Below are positions 9,267-18,794 of a stretch of 64,000 nucleotides of DNA, one piece after another. The stretch spans positions 67,687 to 131,686 of the forward strand of contig MEXN01000005.1 in NCBI GenBank assembly GCA_001773695.1. The letters run 5' to 3'. The notes beneath the pieces are model-generated. The model worked only from the letters and a program-made list of their open reading frames with translations, was not told the DNA's origin and searched no databases. How positions within the stretch are numbered: position 1 is the stretch's first letter; the number at the start of each line of letters is the position of its first letter. The DNA is from Candidatus Amesbacteria bacterium RIFCSPLOWO2_01_FULL_48_25. Lineage in GTDB: Bacteria > Patescibacteriota > Microgenomatia > CAZETR01 > Amesbacteraceae. A program made the position numbers and the translations under genes.

Positions 9267-9692
9267 ATGATTTCCGAAAAAATTAGGAGCGATTTGACGA
9301 GTGCCATGAAGGCGGGTGATTCGCTGCGGGTTTCGGTGTTGCGGATGGCCATTTCGGCCTTTGACTATAGAAAGATCGAGTTGCAGCGGGAACTGACTGA
9401 GGCAGAGGGGGTGGGTGTCCTACAAAACGAGGCCAAAAAGAGGCGAGAAGCGATCGAGTCGTACCGGGCAGGAGGACGGGGGGAGCAGGCGAAAACAGAG
9501 GAGGCAGAACTGGCTATTTTGCAGGGTTATTTGCCTTCGATGATGAGTGAAGAGGAAATAAGGACGGAAGTGGCAAAGATGGAATTGCCTAAAGATTTTG
9601 GCGGGGCGATGCGGTTAGTTGCCCCGGTTTTTAAAGGTAAGGCAGACGGAGGGTTAGTGGCTAGAATTGTTGGGGAGATGGTGAGTGGTTAA
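9267..9692 (+). CDS. yqeY: GatB/YqeY domain protein
   Basis: AMKAGD, KKRREAIESY, E.AIL..YLP, KGKADG. Confidence 0.92.
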   Translation: MISEKIRSDLTSAMKAGDSLRVSVLRMAISAFDYRKIELQRELTEAEGVGVLQNEAKKRREAIESYRAGGRGEQAKTEEAELAILQGYLPSMMSEEEIRTEVAKMELPKDFGGAMRLVAPVFKGKADGGLVARIVGEMVSG

Positions 9693-9948
9693 GTATAAGA
9701 CCGGTGATGTTGGTGGTCGGGTATTTGAAGTGTGGCTGGGGGACGAGAAAGAAATGAGAGAGTTGGGGAAGAAATGGATGAAGGACGATGAATTTCATGA
9801 GGTGATCAGTTTTCCTCTAGACGAAATTGGACCGGGGCCGGATGGGGTGTGGAGATTGGGAGATGTAGTAATTTACAAAAGGGCTAAAAATAGGGATTTT
9901 TTTATAGTACATGGAATTGAGCATTTGCTTGGGCGTCATCACGATTGA
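9685..9948 (+). CDS. Hypothetical protein
   Basis: 87-aa ORF overlapping the yqeY end. Confidence 0.5.
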   Translation: MVKYKTGDVGGRVFEVWLGDEKEMRELGKKWMKDDEFHEVISFPLDEIGPGPDGVWRLGDVVIYKRAKNRDFFIVHGIEHLLGRHHD

Positions 9949-10005
9949 GTAGGAAATTTATACAGTTGATTAGTGAGATCGGGATCGATATAACTGATGT
10001 GGCCT

Positions 10006-11385
10006 ATGACTTTGTATTTGAAATACCGGCCCCAAACTGTTCCTGAATTGGATTTGAAGGCTGTTCGGGAGTCCTTGGGAAAAACTCTTTCTAACAAAGA
10101 CCTGCCTGCCGGCAGGCAGAGTTTGCCACATGCGTGGCTGTTTTCGGGTCCGAGAGGCGTTGGAAAGACGAGTGCAGCTAGGGTGCTGGCTAAATACATT
10201 AATTGTCGGGGGAAGGAGAAGCCATGTAATAAGTGTGATTTATGTTTGGGGATTACGGCAGGGGCGTGTCCGGACGTAGTTGAGATTGATGCGGCCAGTA
10301 ACCGGGGTATAGATGAGATTAGGCAGTTGCGTGAAGGGGTGGGCTTGGCGCCCATGCAGGCTAAATTTAAGGTTTATATTATCGACGAGGTGCATATGTT
10401 GACGTCGGAGGCGGCTAATGCTTTGCTGAAAACATTGGAGGAGCCGCCGCCACATGTGATGTTTGTGCTGTGCACGACAGAGGCGGAGAAGTTGCCGGAG
10501 ACTGTGATCAGCCGATGTACGAGGGTGGTATTTTCTAAGCCTAGCCTAGAGGAGATTGTGGAGAAGCTGAAAAGAGTGGCGGGCGAGGAGAAATTGAAAG
10601 TTGATCATGGACAACTGATATTGATAGCTAAGGCGGCGAGGGGGAGTTTCAGGGATGCCATAAAAATGCTGGAACAGGTGATGCTGGGGGGAAAGTTGGA
10701 TGAAATAGAAGGGGCGGGGGAGTTTTTGGAGATGGGGACTGATGAGGCGCTTGCTTATGTCAATAAGCTGGCAGAGAGAGGAGTGAATTTGCGGACTTTT
10801 GTGGAAAAGTGTGTTGAGGAGCTGCGGGAGAAATTGCTGGAGACGAAGGATGTGAGTTTGATTTCTAAAATTGAGGAGTTGGAGAGAGCGTATGGGAGAA
10901 TGAAAGATGCGGCGGTGCCGCAATTGCCTTTAGAAATATTTGTGATTGAAAGGGCGGGAGAGTCTAAGAGTATAAGAGCTGGAGGGGAAAAGAAGAGTGA
11001 AGGACCAACAATAAAGAAACAAGAACCTGTGGTGGGTGGGAATTTGGGGGGGCATATGCTAGATGATGTGTTGTCACATTGGCCGGAGGTGATGAAGGCG
11101 GTTCGGCCAAAAAATCATTCGGTGGAAGCGCTCCTTCGTTCTACCAAACCTGTCGGGTTTGACGGGCGGGATTTGATTTTGGAGGCTTTTTACGAGTTTC
11201 ATAAAAAGCAGTTGGAGACTGAAAGGTGCCGAGTGATTGTAGAGCAGACGGTGAGTGAGGTATTGGGGGTGGATGTGGTGGCATTGAAGATGCAGCTGGG
11301 GCATGGTTCAACGGTTGCGAAGGCCACCGGCGGAGACGGAGGAGAGGAGTTAGTCAAGGCGGCAGAAGAAATATTTAAACGATGA
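10006..11385 (+). CDS. dnaX: DNA polymerase III subunit gamma/tau
   Basis: LYLKYRP, GPRGVGKTS, C-x2-C-x2-C, EIDAASNRG, IIDEVHML, NALLKTLEEPP, SRC. Confidence 0.96.
   Translation: MTLYLKYRPQTVPELDLKAVRESLGKTLSNKDLPAGRQSLPHAWLFSGPRGVGKTSAARVLAKYINCRGKEKPCNKCDLCLGITAGACPDVVEIDAASNRGIDEIRQLREGVGLAPMQAKFKVYIIDEVHMLTSEAANALLKTLEEPPPHVMFVLCTTEAEKLPETVISRCTRVVFSKPSLEEIVEKLKRVAGEEKLKVDHGQLILIAKAARGSFRDAIKMLEQVMLGGKLDEIEGAGEFLEMGTDEALAYVNKLAERGVNLRTFVEKCVEELREKLLETKDVSLISKIEELERAYGRMKDAAVPQLPLEIFVIERAGESKSIRAGGEKKSEGPTIKKQEPVVGGNLGGHMLDDVLSHWPEVMKAVRPKNHSVEALLRSTKPVGFDGRDLILEAFYEFHKKQLETERCRVIVEQTVSEVLGVDVVALKMQLGHGSTVAKATGGDGGEELVKAAEEIFKR
10102..10119. repeat. Perfect palindrome CTGCCTGCCGGCAGGCAG in dnaX (REP-like)
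   Basis: Identical core at 45150-45169; encodes LPAGRQ in both genes. Confidence 0.85.
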
Positions 11386-12014
11386 CCAAGCCACAAACCC
11401 GCCTGCCGGACGGGCAGGTCTCAAGCCACAAATTAATTTTATTGATTGCATACTTGCTAATATTGAGTGTTCCTGGGGTGACGTGGGTGAAAAACTCTGG
11501 GTGGAGTGGTGGGGTGGTTTACGGGTTGGCAAGGCTGGCCGGGTTGTATGCGTTTACCTTGATGACGCTTCAAGTGGGAATCGGGGGGCTGGCGGATAAA
11601 TTGAGGCCGATTTTTGGAGCCAGAATAATCAGATGGCATATATGGCAGGGAACAGTGGCTTTTAGTTTGGCAATGTTGCATCCGGTACTTATGGCTGTCG
11701 TGTTTGGGGTGGGAGAAGTTCTGCGAATGGGCGGGGACGCGGTGTGGGGGAAAATAGCCTTAAATCTTTTAATTATTTCTGTTTTGGCCGGAGCGATGCG
11801 GGCTCAGCCGTGGCTGGTCAGGTATTGGCGGTGGGTACACCGGCTAAATTATGTCATATTGGCGATGGTGTGGTGGCATTCGTGGAGACTAGGGACGGAT
11901 ACTCATACCTGGCCGATGGCGGGAATTTATTTACTGGCGCCGGTGGTTTTGGTTTGGGCTTTGACAAACAAGCTATTGGAGTCTAGAATCCTGAGTAAGT
12001 ATGGGTATCGGTGA
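11382..12014 (+). CDS. Ferric reductase-like (MsrQ/cytochrome b) transmembrane protein
   Basis: About 6 TMs with heme-ligand His pairs (RWH...LHP; WRWVHRLNY...WH). Confidence 0.75.
   Translation: MTKPQTRLPDGQVSSHKLILLIAYLLILSVPGVTWVKNSGWSGGVVYGLARLAGLYAFTLMTLQVGIGGLADKLRPIFGARIIRWHIWQGTVAFSLAMLHPVLMAVVFGVGEVLRMGGDAVWGKIALNLLIISVLAGAMRAQPWLVRYWRWVHRLNYVILAMVWWHSWRLGTDTHTWPMAGIYLLAPVVLVWALTNKLLESRILSKYGYR
11395..11419. repeat. REP-like hairpin AAACCCGCCTGCCGGACGGGCAGGT
   Basis: 24/25 identical to 29846-29870; embedded between CAAGCCACAAA direct repeats. Confidence 0.8.
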
Positions 12015-12270
12015 TGCATTCGGAAAACTTGGAGATATAAACAAGCTAAGACAGCAGGCAATGCAGATGCAAAAGAATTTGTCTGGTCAGGTGATTACCG
12101 TCGAGGAAAATGGGGTGTATATCGAGATATCCGGGGACCAGAGAATTTTGAAACTGTCTATCCAGGGGATGGAGAACCCGGTTCTAAATGATGTTTTGAA
12201 CAAGGCGATTCGAAAAAGTCAGGAGCTGGCGGCGAAAGAGTTGATGAATGTTTCCGGCGGGCAGATGTAG
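12001..12270 (+). CDS. ybaB: YbaB/EbfC nucleoid-associated protein
   Basis: QQAMQMQK.L, ISGDQ.I..L.I; located between dnaX and recR. Confidence 0.88.
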   Translation: MGIGDAFGKLGDINKLRQQAMQMQKNLSGQVITVEENGVYIEISGDQRILKLSIQGMENPVLNDVLNKAIRKSQELAAKELMNVSGGQM

Positions 12271-12272
12271 GA

Positions 12273-12554
12273 TTAGCGGGGTTTTTTGGCGAGAGATTTG
12301 AGGATGAGGTAGGAGATGATCCCAATTCCTGATAGGACCCTGGGGTGCTTGAAGGCGTATTCGAGTTCATCCTGGAACTGGTTTGCAAGTGCCTTACCCA
12401 TAGGATCGCGAGGATCAGCGTCGATGTATTTTTTGGTGCGGGTGTATTTGGAAACCAGTGTGAAGATATTGTCTTTTGCAGCTCCGGATTCGATTGGCAT
12501 AATTTTATGGATTAATTTTTCGCGTTTCGGGATCGGTGCGATTGCTAACAGCAT
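12273..12554 (-). CDS. Hypothetical protein with C-terminal TM
   Basis: 93-aa ORF coupled to the upstream small ORF. Confidence 0.45.
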   Translation of the reverse strand: MLLAIAPIPKREKLIHKIMPIESGAAKDNIFTLVSKYTRTKKYIDADPRDPMGKALANQFQDELEYAFKHPRVLSGIGIISYLILKSLAKKPR

Positions 12555-12727
12555 CAGCGTTGGTGGTGGGTTGAGAGGGATATTCGTCGATGCACAGGTC
12601 GGCGCGCGAGTCCTTCTTGTATTCGGGCCTTATTTTCGGAAGAAAGATGTTTTAACATGCAGCCAGTTTTGTTCTTTATTCCCATGCCTACCAGATATTT
12701 GCAGAGTTCGCAATTGGGGATGCTCAT
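12554..12727 (-). CDS. 57-aa CxxC small protein
   Basis: MSIPNCELCKYL...GC; TACAAT just upstream on the minus strand. Confidence 0.45.
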   Translation of the reverse strand: MSIPNCELCKYLVGMGIKNKTGCMLKHLSSENKARIQEGLARRPVHRRISLSTHHQR

Positions 12728-12751
12728 AATAGAATTGTATCCTATAGTGAC

Positions 12752-13261
12752 GTGGGGGTCAAGGGGGATGTTATACTGAGGGATATGGCTATAAAAGATA
12801 TATTTCCGGAGGAACTGCCTGGCAACGGAGTAATCCGGATGGGTGGGTCTGAGACAATTGAAAACCGGTTTGCGAGAGCGGCTGTGTTGGGGTTGCTGCG
12901 GAACGATTATAAGAAGCGGAAGGAGAGAGGGCAACCGGCTTCTGATAAGAGGTCGGCGGTTCCAGCCTATGGCCAGATTCTTGTTGTGGGTAGGGAGGGA
13001 CCCGATTTGGGGCCAAGTGTGCAACGATTGCTGGGTGAGGAGGATCTGAATACTTCTGAACAGGCGGGGGGGTTGATGACAATCAGTGTGGTGAATATGG
13101 GCATGGATGCGGCTGGCATGGCATTGGATAGACCACAGGGTGAAGAGCCGGGAAGAGTTGTGGTGCTGCAAACGGATCAGGACGGCTATGAAGGCTTTTT
13201 GGGTCTGATGGAGCGGGAGCGACAAGTACTGTCTTTTGCTCTTCTGGCTTTAAGGAAGTAA
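12752..13261 (+). CDS. Hypothetical protein
   Basis: 169-aa ORF with typical + strand codon bias; start uncertain. Confidence 0.55.
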   Translation: MGVKGDVILRDMAIKDIFPEELPGNGVIRMGGSETIENRFARAAVLGLLRNDYKKRKERGQPASDKRSAVPAYGQILVVGREGPDLGPSVQRLLGEEDLNTSEQAGGLMTISVVNMGMDAAGMALDRPQGEEPGRVVVLQTDQDGYEGFLGLMERERQVLSFALLALRK

Positions 13262-13280
13262 TGGGTTAGAATATAAGCTT

Positions 13281-13871
13281 GTGAGAGTAGCTAGAGCAAT
13301 AAGTAGCCTGATTGAGGCGTTTGAGCGATTGCCGGGGATCGGGCCGAAGTCGGCGGCGCGGCTGACTTATTATCTGTTGCATGTGCCCCAGGGTGAGCTG
13401 GATAAGTTTTCTGGGGCGGTGTCTGATTTGAAGAGGAATACCAAGGAGTGCTCGGTATGTCATAATGTGGCGGAGACGGACCCGTGTGATATATGTGCTG
13501 ACCCAGGCCGGGACCGGAAGATGATTTGTGTGGTAGAGCAGCCGCTGGACGTACTAGCTTTGGAAAGGGGAGATGGATATAAGGGAGTGTATCACGTGCT
13601 GCACGGGGTAATTGATCCGTTACATAATATCGGGCCGGAAGAAATTAAGATAGTCGAGTTAATAGAGAGATTAAGAGATGAAGGAATTAAGGAGGTAATA
13701 TTGGCGTTGAATCCGAATATGGAAGGTGAGGCCACCTGCCTGTATATAAAAAGATTATTGAAGAATGTAAAAGTGACCAGATTGGCGCATGGATTGCCGG
13801 TGGGGGCGGATATTGAGTATGCCGACGATCGGACCTTGGCGCATGCGATGGAGGGGAGGAGGGAATATTAA
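13281..13871 (+). CDS. recR: Recombination mediator RecR
   Basis: LPGIGPKSA HhH, C4 zinc finger, ICVVE Toprim, EGEAT. Confidence 0.97.
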   Translation: MRVARAISSLIEAFERLPGIGPKSAARLTYYLLHVPQGELDKFSGAVSDLKRNTKECSVCHNVAETDPCDICADPGRDRKMICVVEQPLDVLALERGDGYKGVYHVLHGVIDPLHNIGPEEIKIVELIERLRDEGIKEVILALNPNMEGEATCLYIKRLLKNVKVTRLAHGLPVGADIEYADDRTLAHAMEGRREY

Positions 13872-14884
13872 TGATCAGGCCACTTGCTTTAAAGTCGGGT
13901 GATGTGGTGGGGTTGGTGGCGCCGTCTGATGCGGTGGAAAGAGAGGGAGTGGAAAAAAGCCTGGAGATAGTTAAATCCTGGGGATTGAAAGTGAAAGTGG
14001 GGAAACATGTGTATGCCAAAGTTGGAGATTTTATGGCTGGGACGGCGGAGGAAAGAATGGAGGACTTGAAGACGATGATTTTTGATGATGAAGTTAAAGC
14101 AGTTTGGGCGGCATCGGGTGGGTATGCGGTGACAGAGGTGATGCCGGTATTTAACCGGGAGACGATAGATCACCTCAAGGATCATCCTAAATGGTTTATC
14201 GGTTACTCGGATATGTGCATGATTTTAAATGCCTTAACTAGCTTTCGAATGGTGTCTGTTATGGGACCAAATATGTGGGGACTGCATGAGTGGGATAAGA
14301 TGAGCCAGGAGACGGTTTGCAAGATGCTTTTTGGAGAAGAAGTGGGGGGGGTAGGAGAAAAGGCGAGGTGGACGGTGGGTTTGGGGGGAGAAGCGGAAGG
14401 GAGAATTGTGGCTTCCAATCTGGAACTTTTGATCTTGTCTTTCGGGACACGATTTGACCCGATTATGTATGGGGAGGGGGATATTTTGTTGGCCCTCGAG
14501 GAGCTGGACATAGATAAAAGTACGTTGCAGCGGCAAATCGACGTAATTTTTAGTCACAAAAGAGCCAAGAGGATTAGGGGAATAATTGTGGGACGGCTGA
14601 CGAATATTTTGGAGAAATCATATCCGGAGTGGGGAATGAAGGTGACGGCGGAGGAGCTGATTCGCGGGCGAGTGAAAAAAGTAGGCCTGCCATTGGCGTT
14701 TTGCGGAGACTTCGGGCACCCGGAGTGGGCGTATGGGAATTTCCAGGAAATAAAGCGCTTTTTTCATAACCGACGGTTTTACCCGCTGCCGAATGGAATT
14801 TTGACTAAGTTGACAGTGGGGGAAAAAGAATGTAAGTTGGATTTTTTAGAACCCGTGGGTAATATGGAGAACGGTAATGCCTAG
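13871..14884 (+). CDS. S66 family LD-carboxypeptidase
   Basis: LKSGDVVGLVAPS, GGY, FIGYSD, DFGH. Confidence 0.9.
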   Translation: MIRPLALKSGDVVGLVAPSDAVEREGVEKSLEIVKSWGLKVKVGKHVYAKVGDFMAGTAEERMEDLKTMIFDDEVKAVWAASGGYAVTEVMPVFNRETIDHLKDHPKWFIGYSDMCMILNALTSFRMVSVMGPNMWGLHEWDKMSQETVCKMLFGEEVGGVGEKARWTVGLGGEAEGRIVASNLELLILSFGTRFDPIMYGEGDILLALEELDIDKSTLQRQIDVIFSHKRAKRIRGIIVGRLTNILEKSYPEWGMKVTAEELIRGRVKKVGLPLAFCGDFGHPEWAYGNFQEIKRFFHNRRFYPLPNGILTKLTVGEKECKLDFLEPVGNMENGNA

Positions 14885-15158
14885 TGACGAATGGTTGCGC
14901 AGAGCTGAGATATTGGTGGGTGGGAATTGTGATGATTTGCGTAGACCGGAGGATAATAAAGAGAGAATTGTTTTGAGGGCTGAGGATTTTTTGGCTCATC
15001 AAATAGCTTGTTTTTTTCATCGAAACGTCCCTATTTTGAGAGAAAAACGCCGGAGAAGGCAAGAGGTGAGAGTGTCGGATTTTTCGTGGTGTCCTGATGA
15101 TTGTCCGGCGGCGTTATTGTACCAAGCCGGGCGAGGGAAAAATGGTCATAGAAAATAA
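14877..15158 (+). CDS. Hypothetical protein with CPxxCP motif
   Basis: Overlapping operon ORF; C...C...CPDDCP. Confidence 0.5.
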   Translation: MPSDEWLRRAEILVGGNCDDLRRPEDNKERIVLRAEDFLAHQIACFFHRNVPILREKRRRRQEVRVSDFSWCPDDCPAALLYQAGRGKNGHRK

Positions 15159-15375
15159 ATGGTTGGTGGTGTGCAATGATCAAATTTTGGATGGGAGTAA
15201 CGACCTGATGGCGGCGTTGATGATGGTGGGGAGGTATTGGGGGGATGGAAGTGTGAGGGTGGGGGTGATGGAAAGGGAGAACTATAAAGCTGCAGTGTTG
15301 GGGAGGTTGGAGGCGATGGCGAGGTTAGATGAGTTGAGGAAGGCGGGATTTGGGCCTGGAAGCCAGGAAGTCTGA
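15142..15375 (+). CDS. Hypothetical protein
   Basis: ATG 15142 overlaps the previous gene. Confidence 0.45.
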   Translation: MVIENKWLVVCNDQILDGSNDLMAALMMVGRYWGDGSVRVGVMERENYKAAVLGRLEAMARLDELRKAGFGPGSQEV

Positions 15376-15387
15376 TATCATTTAGAT

Positions 15388-15819
15388 ATGCAGGTAAAGC
15401 TGGTTAGAAATCCTTGGGAGACGAGCTTTGAGAACTTGACGACTAAAGTACATAAGTCGGTCAAGAAGGCGGCTTCGGATGCGACAAAAACGATCGCTGC
15501 TGATGTAAAATCCTCCTTCGCTGAAGCTCCGGCGGACAAGCAGGTTGCCCAGGCAAATTTGCAGGCAGTGCAACAGGAAGTGAAGCCGGAGGAAAAAAAG
15601 AAACTGGACCAGTGGCGGCGGAATCTGGCGGATTTGGAAGCGCAGATTAAAAAGGCCAGGGAAGAGAGGTTAAAAAAGGAGCAGGCGCTTCGGCAAGCTC
15701 AGGGTGAAAGAGCCGAAAAAAAGAAGGTGGAGGAGAAAAAAAAGAAAGAAGAACCGGTGTGGAAGAAGATGATGAAGATGGGGAGCCAGGCGGAGAGGAA
15801 AGTAAATGCGGGAGGATGA
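15388..15819 (+). CDS. Hypothetical coiled-coil protein carrying two REP-like insertions
   Basis: K/E-rich helix; SSFAEAPADK and LRQAQG segments match repeat DNA. Confidence 0.7.
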   Translation: MQVKLVRNPWETSFENLTTKVHKSVKKAASDATKTIAADVKSSFAEAPADKQVAQANLQAVQQEVKPEEKKKLDQWRRNLADLEAQIKKAREERLKKEQALRQAQGERAEKKKVEEKKKKEEPVWKKMMKMGSQAERKVNAGG

Positions 15820-15831
15820 TATACTAAGTTT

Positions 15832-15990
15832 ATGTCTAGGGAAGTAAAGAAAAAGAAAGTAAAGGTTCCGCCGGTGGCGGGGTTTGACAGGGGGCCGAGG
15901 GATTTTTTCCGGGGGTCGACGGGGTTTTTCAATAAGGATCTAAAAATTCAAAATAAGGGTTTTATTGGCATGAGACGGGGTTCGCGGTAG
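15832..15990 (+). CDS. 52-aa basic protein (not in ORF track)
   Basis: TATACT before the ATG; MSREVKKKKVKVPP...GMRRGSR; fills the gap to cysS. Confidence 0.55.
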   Translation: MSREVKKKKVKVPPVAGFDRGPRDFFRGSTGFFNKDLKIQNKGFIGMRRGSR

Positions 15991-15999
15991 AATGAGCTA

Positions 16000-17427
16000 G
16001 TGAGGATTTACAACAGTCTTTCTCGTCAGGTAGAAGAAATTGAGCCGTTGAAAAAAGGAAAAGTGGGGATGTATACCTGCGGGATGACGGTCTATGATTA
16101 TGCGCACATCGGGCACGGGCGTAAATACGTGTATGACGATTTATTGCGCAGAACTTTGGCTTACAATGGATTAGATGTGATACATGTTCAAAACGTGACA
16201 GATGTGGGGCATTTAGTATCAGATGCGGACGAAGGGGAGGATAAGTTGGAGAAGGGAGCGAGAAAATTAAAGAAAACGGTGTGGGAGGTGGCAAAGTATT
16301 TTGAGAGGGATTTTTTCGAGAATATGGATTTGCTTGGTGTTTTGCGGCCGACGATTGTGGCTCGGGCGACGGAGCATATTGAAGACCAGATAAAATTAAT
16401 TGACAGGTTAGTAGATCGCGGTTTTGCCTATGACACGCCGGAAGCAGTTTATTTTGATGTAGGCAGATTTCCTCGGTATGAGGGGTTGTTTGGGCGGGGC
16501 GGGCTTTCGGAAAAACAGACGGCGGTTCGGCCAGAAGTCGAGCGGGGGGAACATAAAAAAACCCCTGCTGATTTTGCGTTGTGGTTTAAACGGGTGGGCA
16601 GGTTTGCTGATCACCAAATGCACTGGGACTGCCCGTGGGGGGATGGATTTCCGGGGTGGCATATCGAGTGTTCGGCCATGTCGATGAAGTATTTAGGAGA
16701 AACGTTTGATATTCATACAGGCGGCCTAGAGCACCAAATGGTGCATCATCCAAATGAAATAGCCCAATCTGAGGCAGCATCCGGGCATCCATTCGTGAAG
16801 TACTGGGTGCATTATTCGCACTTAACTTTGGATGGAGTGAAGATGGCCAAAAGTGTAGGCAATGTGCTTCGGGTGCAAGATATTATAGAAAAGGGATTTT
16901 CACCTCTGGCACTGCGGTACTTGTATTTGACAGCGCATTACCGGACGCCTCTAAACTTTACTTGGTCAAGTATGGCGGCGGCGCAAACGGCATACGACAA
17001 ACTTTTGGACTTTGTCCGTAAATCCCAAGCTCCAAGTCTCAAATCCCAAAGAACTGAATTATCAAAAGAAAAATTAAGAAAATTGGAAAGTTACAGATCG
17101 AGATTTGAAGGGGCAATAAACACTGATTTGGGTTTCCCTGGGGCGCTTTCAGTAGTGTGGGAGATGGTCAAAAGTAACATTCCAGATTACGATAAAGCGG
17201 ATGCACTTTTGGATTGGGATGCTGTGTTGGGACTGAATTTGGCGGGGCCGCTTATTTCTGAAGAGGCACCGGGTGAGGTGAAGGATATGCTGCAAAGGAG
17301 AGAGCAGCTGCGTCGAGAGGGAAGCTATGTGGAGGCGGACAACACTCGGGTGGAGATGGAAAAAATGGGATGGAAGATAGAAGATACTAAAATGGGATCT
17401 AGACTTAAGAAAATTCCTAATTATTAA
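16000..17427 (+). CDS. cysS: Cysteine--tRNA ligase
   Basis: MYTCG.TVY, HIGH, DFALW, PGWHIECSAM, HHPNE, KMAKS. Confidence 0.97.
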   Translation: MRIYNSLSRQVEEIEPLKKGKVGMYTCGMTVYDYAHIGHGRKYVYDDLLRRTLAYNGLDVIHVQNVTDVGHLVSDADEGEDKLEKGARKLKKTVWEVAKYFERDFFENMDLLGVLRPTIVARATEHIEDQIKLIDRLVDRGFAYDTPEAVYFDVGRFPRYEGLFGRGGLSEKQTAVRPEVERGEHKKTPADFALWFKRVGRFADHQMHWDCPWGDGFPGWHIECSAMSMKYLGETFDIHTGGLEHQMVHHPNEIAQSEAASGHPFVKYWVHYSHLTLDGVKMAKSVGNVLRVQDIIEKGFSPLALRYLYLTAHYRTPLNFTWSSMAAAQTAYDKLLDFVRKSQAPSLKSQRTELSKEKLRKLESYRSRFEGAINTDLGFPGALSVVWEMVKSNIPDYDKADALLDWDAVLGLNLAGPLISEEAPGEVKDMLQRREQLRREGSYVEADNTRVEMEKMGWKIEDTKMGSRLKKIPNY

Positions 17428-17433
17428 TTTCTA

Positions 17434-18093
17434 ATGCTAAACAAGATTTTAAAAATTATTTTGGTTTTGGATTTGGTGGCAGTGAACGGACTGCTGATTT
17501 ACCAACTTACAATTCTCAATTCACAAATAATTTCCAATGAACTAATTTCCAAGAATGAAACATCAGTTGAACAAATTGACCAGTGTGGGGAGGAGTGCAG
17601 GGAAGAAATCAGAAATCAAGTAGCAAATTTGCAGATTAAGGATCAGAAATTGGTTTTACCTACTATGGTGCCGACGGTGACGCCGACTCCGAAGCCGGTG
17701 GTGAAATCGGTGGTTAAAAAAGTTAGGCGGGAGGAGATTTTGACGATTCCGGGGAGCGGTTCGACGGGTGCGACCGACTGGGCAAATTTGAGCGGGACCG
17801 AGTTTTATTTTGATACGCGAGATTATCCGGGGTTGGTCGAAGTTTATTTTGAAGCCAATATGAGACTGGTAAGCGGGGGAGGCAGCGCTTATGTGAGGCT
17901 TTATGATGTTACGAATAATATTTCTCCAGTGGGGGGTCAGAACGACACCAAGTCCCAGGTCGATATCTGGACCAAATCGCAAAAAGTTTATTTCTGGGCC
18001 GGAAAAAATCTCATTCGGGTTCAGGCCAAGACTCTAGTGCCGGATACTACGGTATATAATAGTGGGAAACTGAGGATCGTGACGGAGAATTGA
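17434..18093 (+). CDS. Membrane-anchored hypothetical protein
   Basis: N-terminal TM, PT-rich linker, beta-rich C-terminal domain. Confidence 0.7.
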   Translation: MLNKILKIILVLDLVAVNGLLIYQLTILNSQIISNELISKNETSVEQIDQCGEECREEIRNQVANLQIKDQKLVLPTMVPTVTPTPKPVVKSVVKKVRREEILTIPGSGSTGATDWANLSGTEFYFDTRDYPGLVEVYFEANMRLVSGGGSAYVRLYDVTNNISPVGGQNDTKSQVDIWTKSQKVYFWAGKNLIRVQAKTLVPDTTVYNSGKLRIVTEN

Positions 18094-18103
18094 ATAAGGA
18101 AGT

Positions 18104-18150
18104 AGTAATACTAGTTGACAGGGTAATACTGGGAGTATTAGTATTACATT
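18104..18150 (+). promoter_or_regulatory. Leaderless promoter with operator repeats
   Basis: TTGACA 18115-18120, TAGTAT 18139-18144; GTAATACT/AGTATTAC inverted repeats. Confidence 0.65.
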
Positions 18151-18381
18151 ATGTATATTTCGCCGGTGACGCAGAAGGGGCAGGTGACTATTCCCGCGGG
18201 ATTGCGGGCGCAGTTTGGGGTGGAGCCTTATGGGAAAGTTAAGATCGAGCCGGGGAACGGATACATAAAAGTGTCGGCGACTGAGGATATTTTGGATCTG
18301 GCAGGAAAATGGAAAGCCCCACGGGGCAAGAACGCGTTGGCGGCCCGCCGGGCAATGGAGAAGACCTATAGGAGGTTTTAA
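18151..18381 (+). CDS. AbrB/MazE-family antitoxin
   Basis: VTQKGQVTIPA.LR motif. Confidence 0.9.
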   Translation: MYISPVTQKGQVTIPAGLRAQFGVEPYGKVKIEPGNGYIKVSATEDILDLAGKWKAPRGKNALAARRAMEKTYRRF

Positions 18382-18794
18382 TGAAGTATTTTCTGGATAC
18401 GAATGTCTTTTTGCGAGTGGCGGCTAGGGAAAATCAGAAAAGCTTTGAGGAGTGCAAACGGGTTTTGGAGAGGGTGAAACGGAGTGAGTTGGAAGCGGTG
18501 ACGGCGGGCCTGGTGTTGGCGGAAGTGGCTTGGACGTTGGGCTCGCATTACAAATGGGAGAAAAACCGGGTGGCGCTGGTTTTGAAAAGTATTGTTAACC
18601 TTGGAGGTTTGCGGTTTGTGAACGGTTACGGAGCGGCAGGGGCAGTAGAGCGTTTTTCGGAAAAAACGGTAAAGTTTGTGGACGCGATGATTGGCTCAAT
18701 CAGGGAGGTCGCGGATGGGGAGTGGATTGTGGTGTCGTATGACCGGGATTTTGACAAACTGGGAGTTAAAAGGGTTGAGCCGGGAGCAATATGA
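18381..18794 (+). CDS. PIN-domain (VapC) toxin
   Basis: FLDTNVF, E, FVDA, VSYDRDFD. Confidence 0.9.
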   Translation: MKYFLDTNVFLRVAARENQKSFEECKRVLERVKRSELEAVTAGLVLAEVAWTLGSHYKWEKNRVALVLKSIVNLGGLRFVNGYGAAGAVERFSEKTVKFVDAMIGSIREVADGEWIVVSYDRDFDKLGVKRVEPGAI

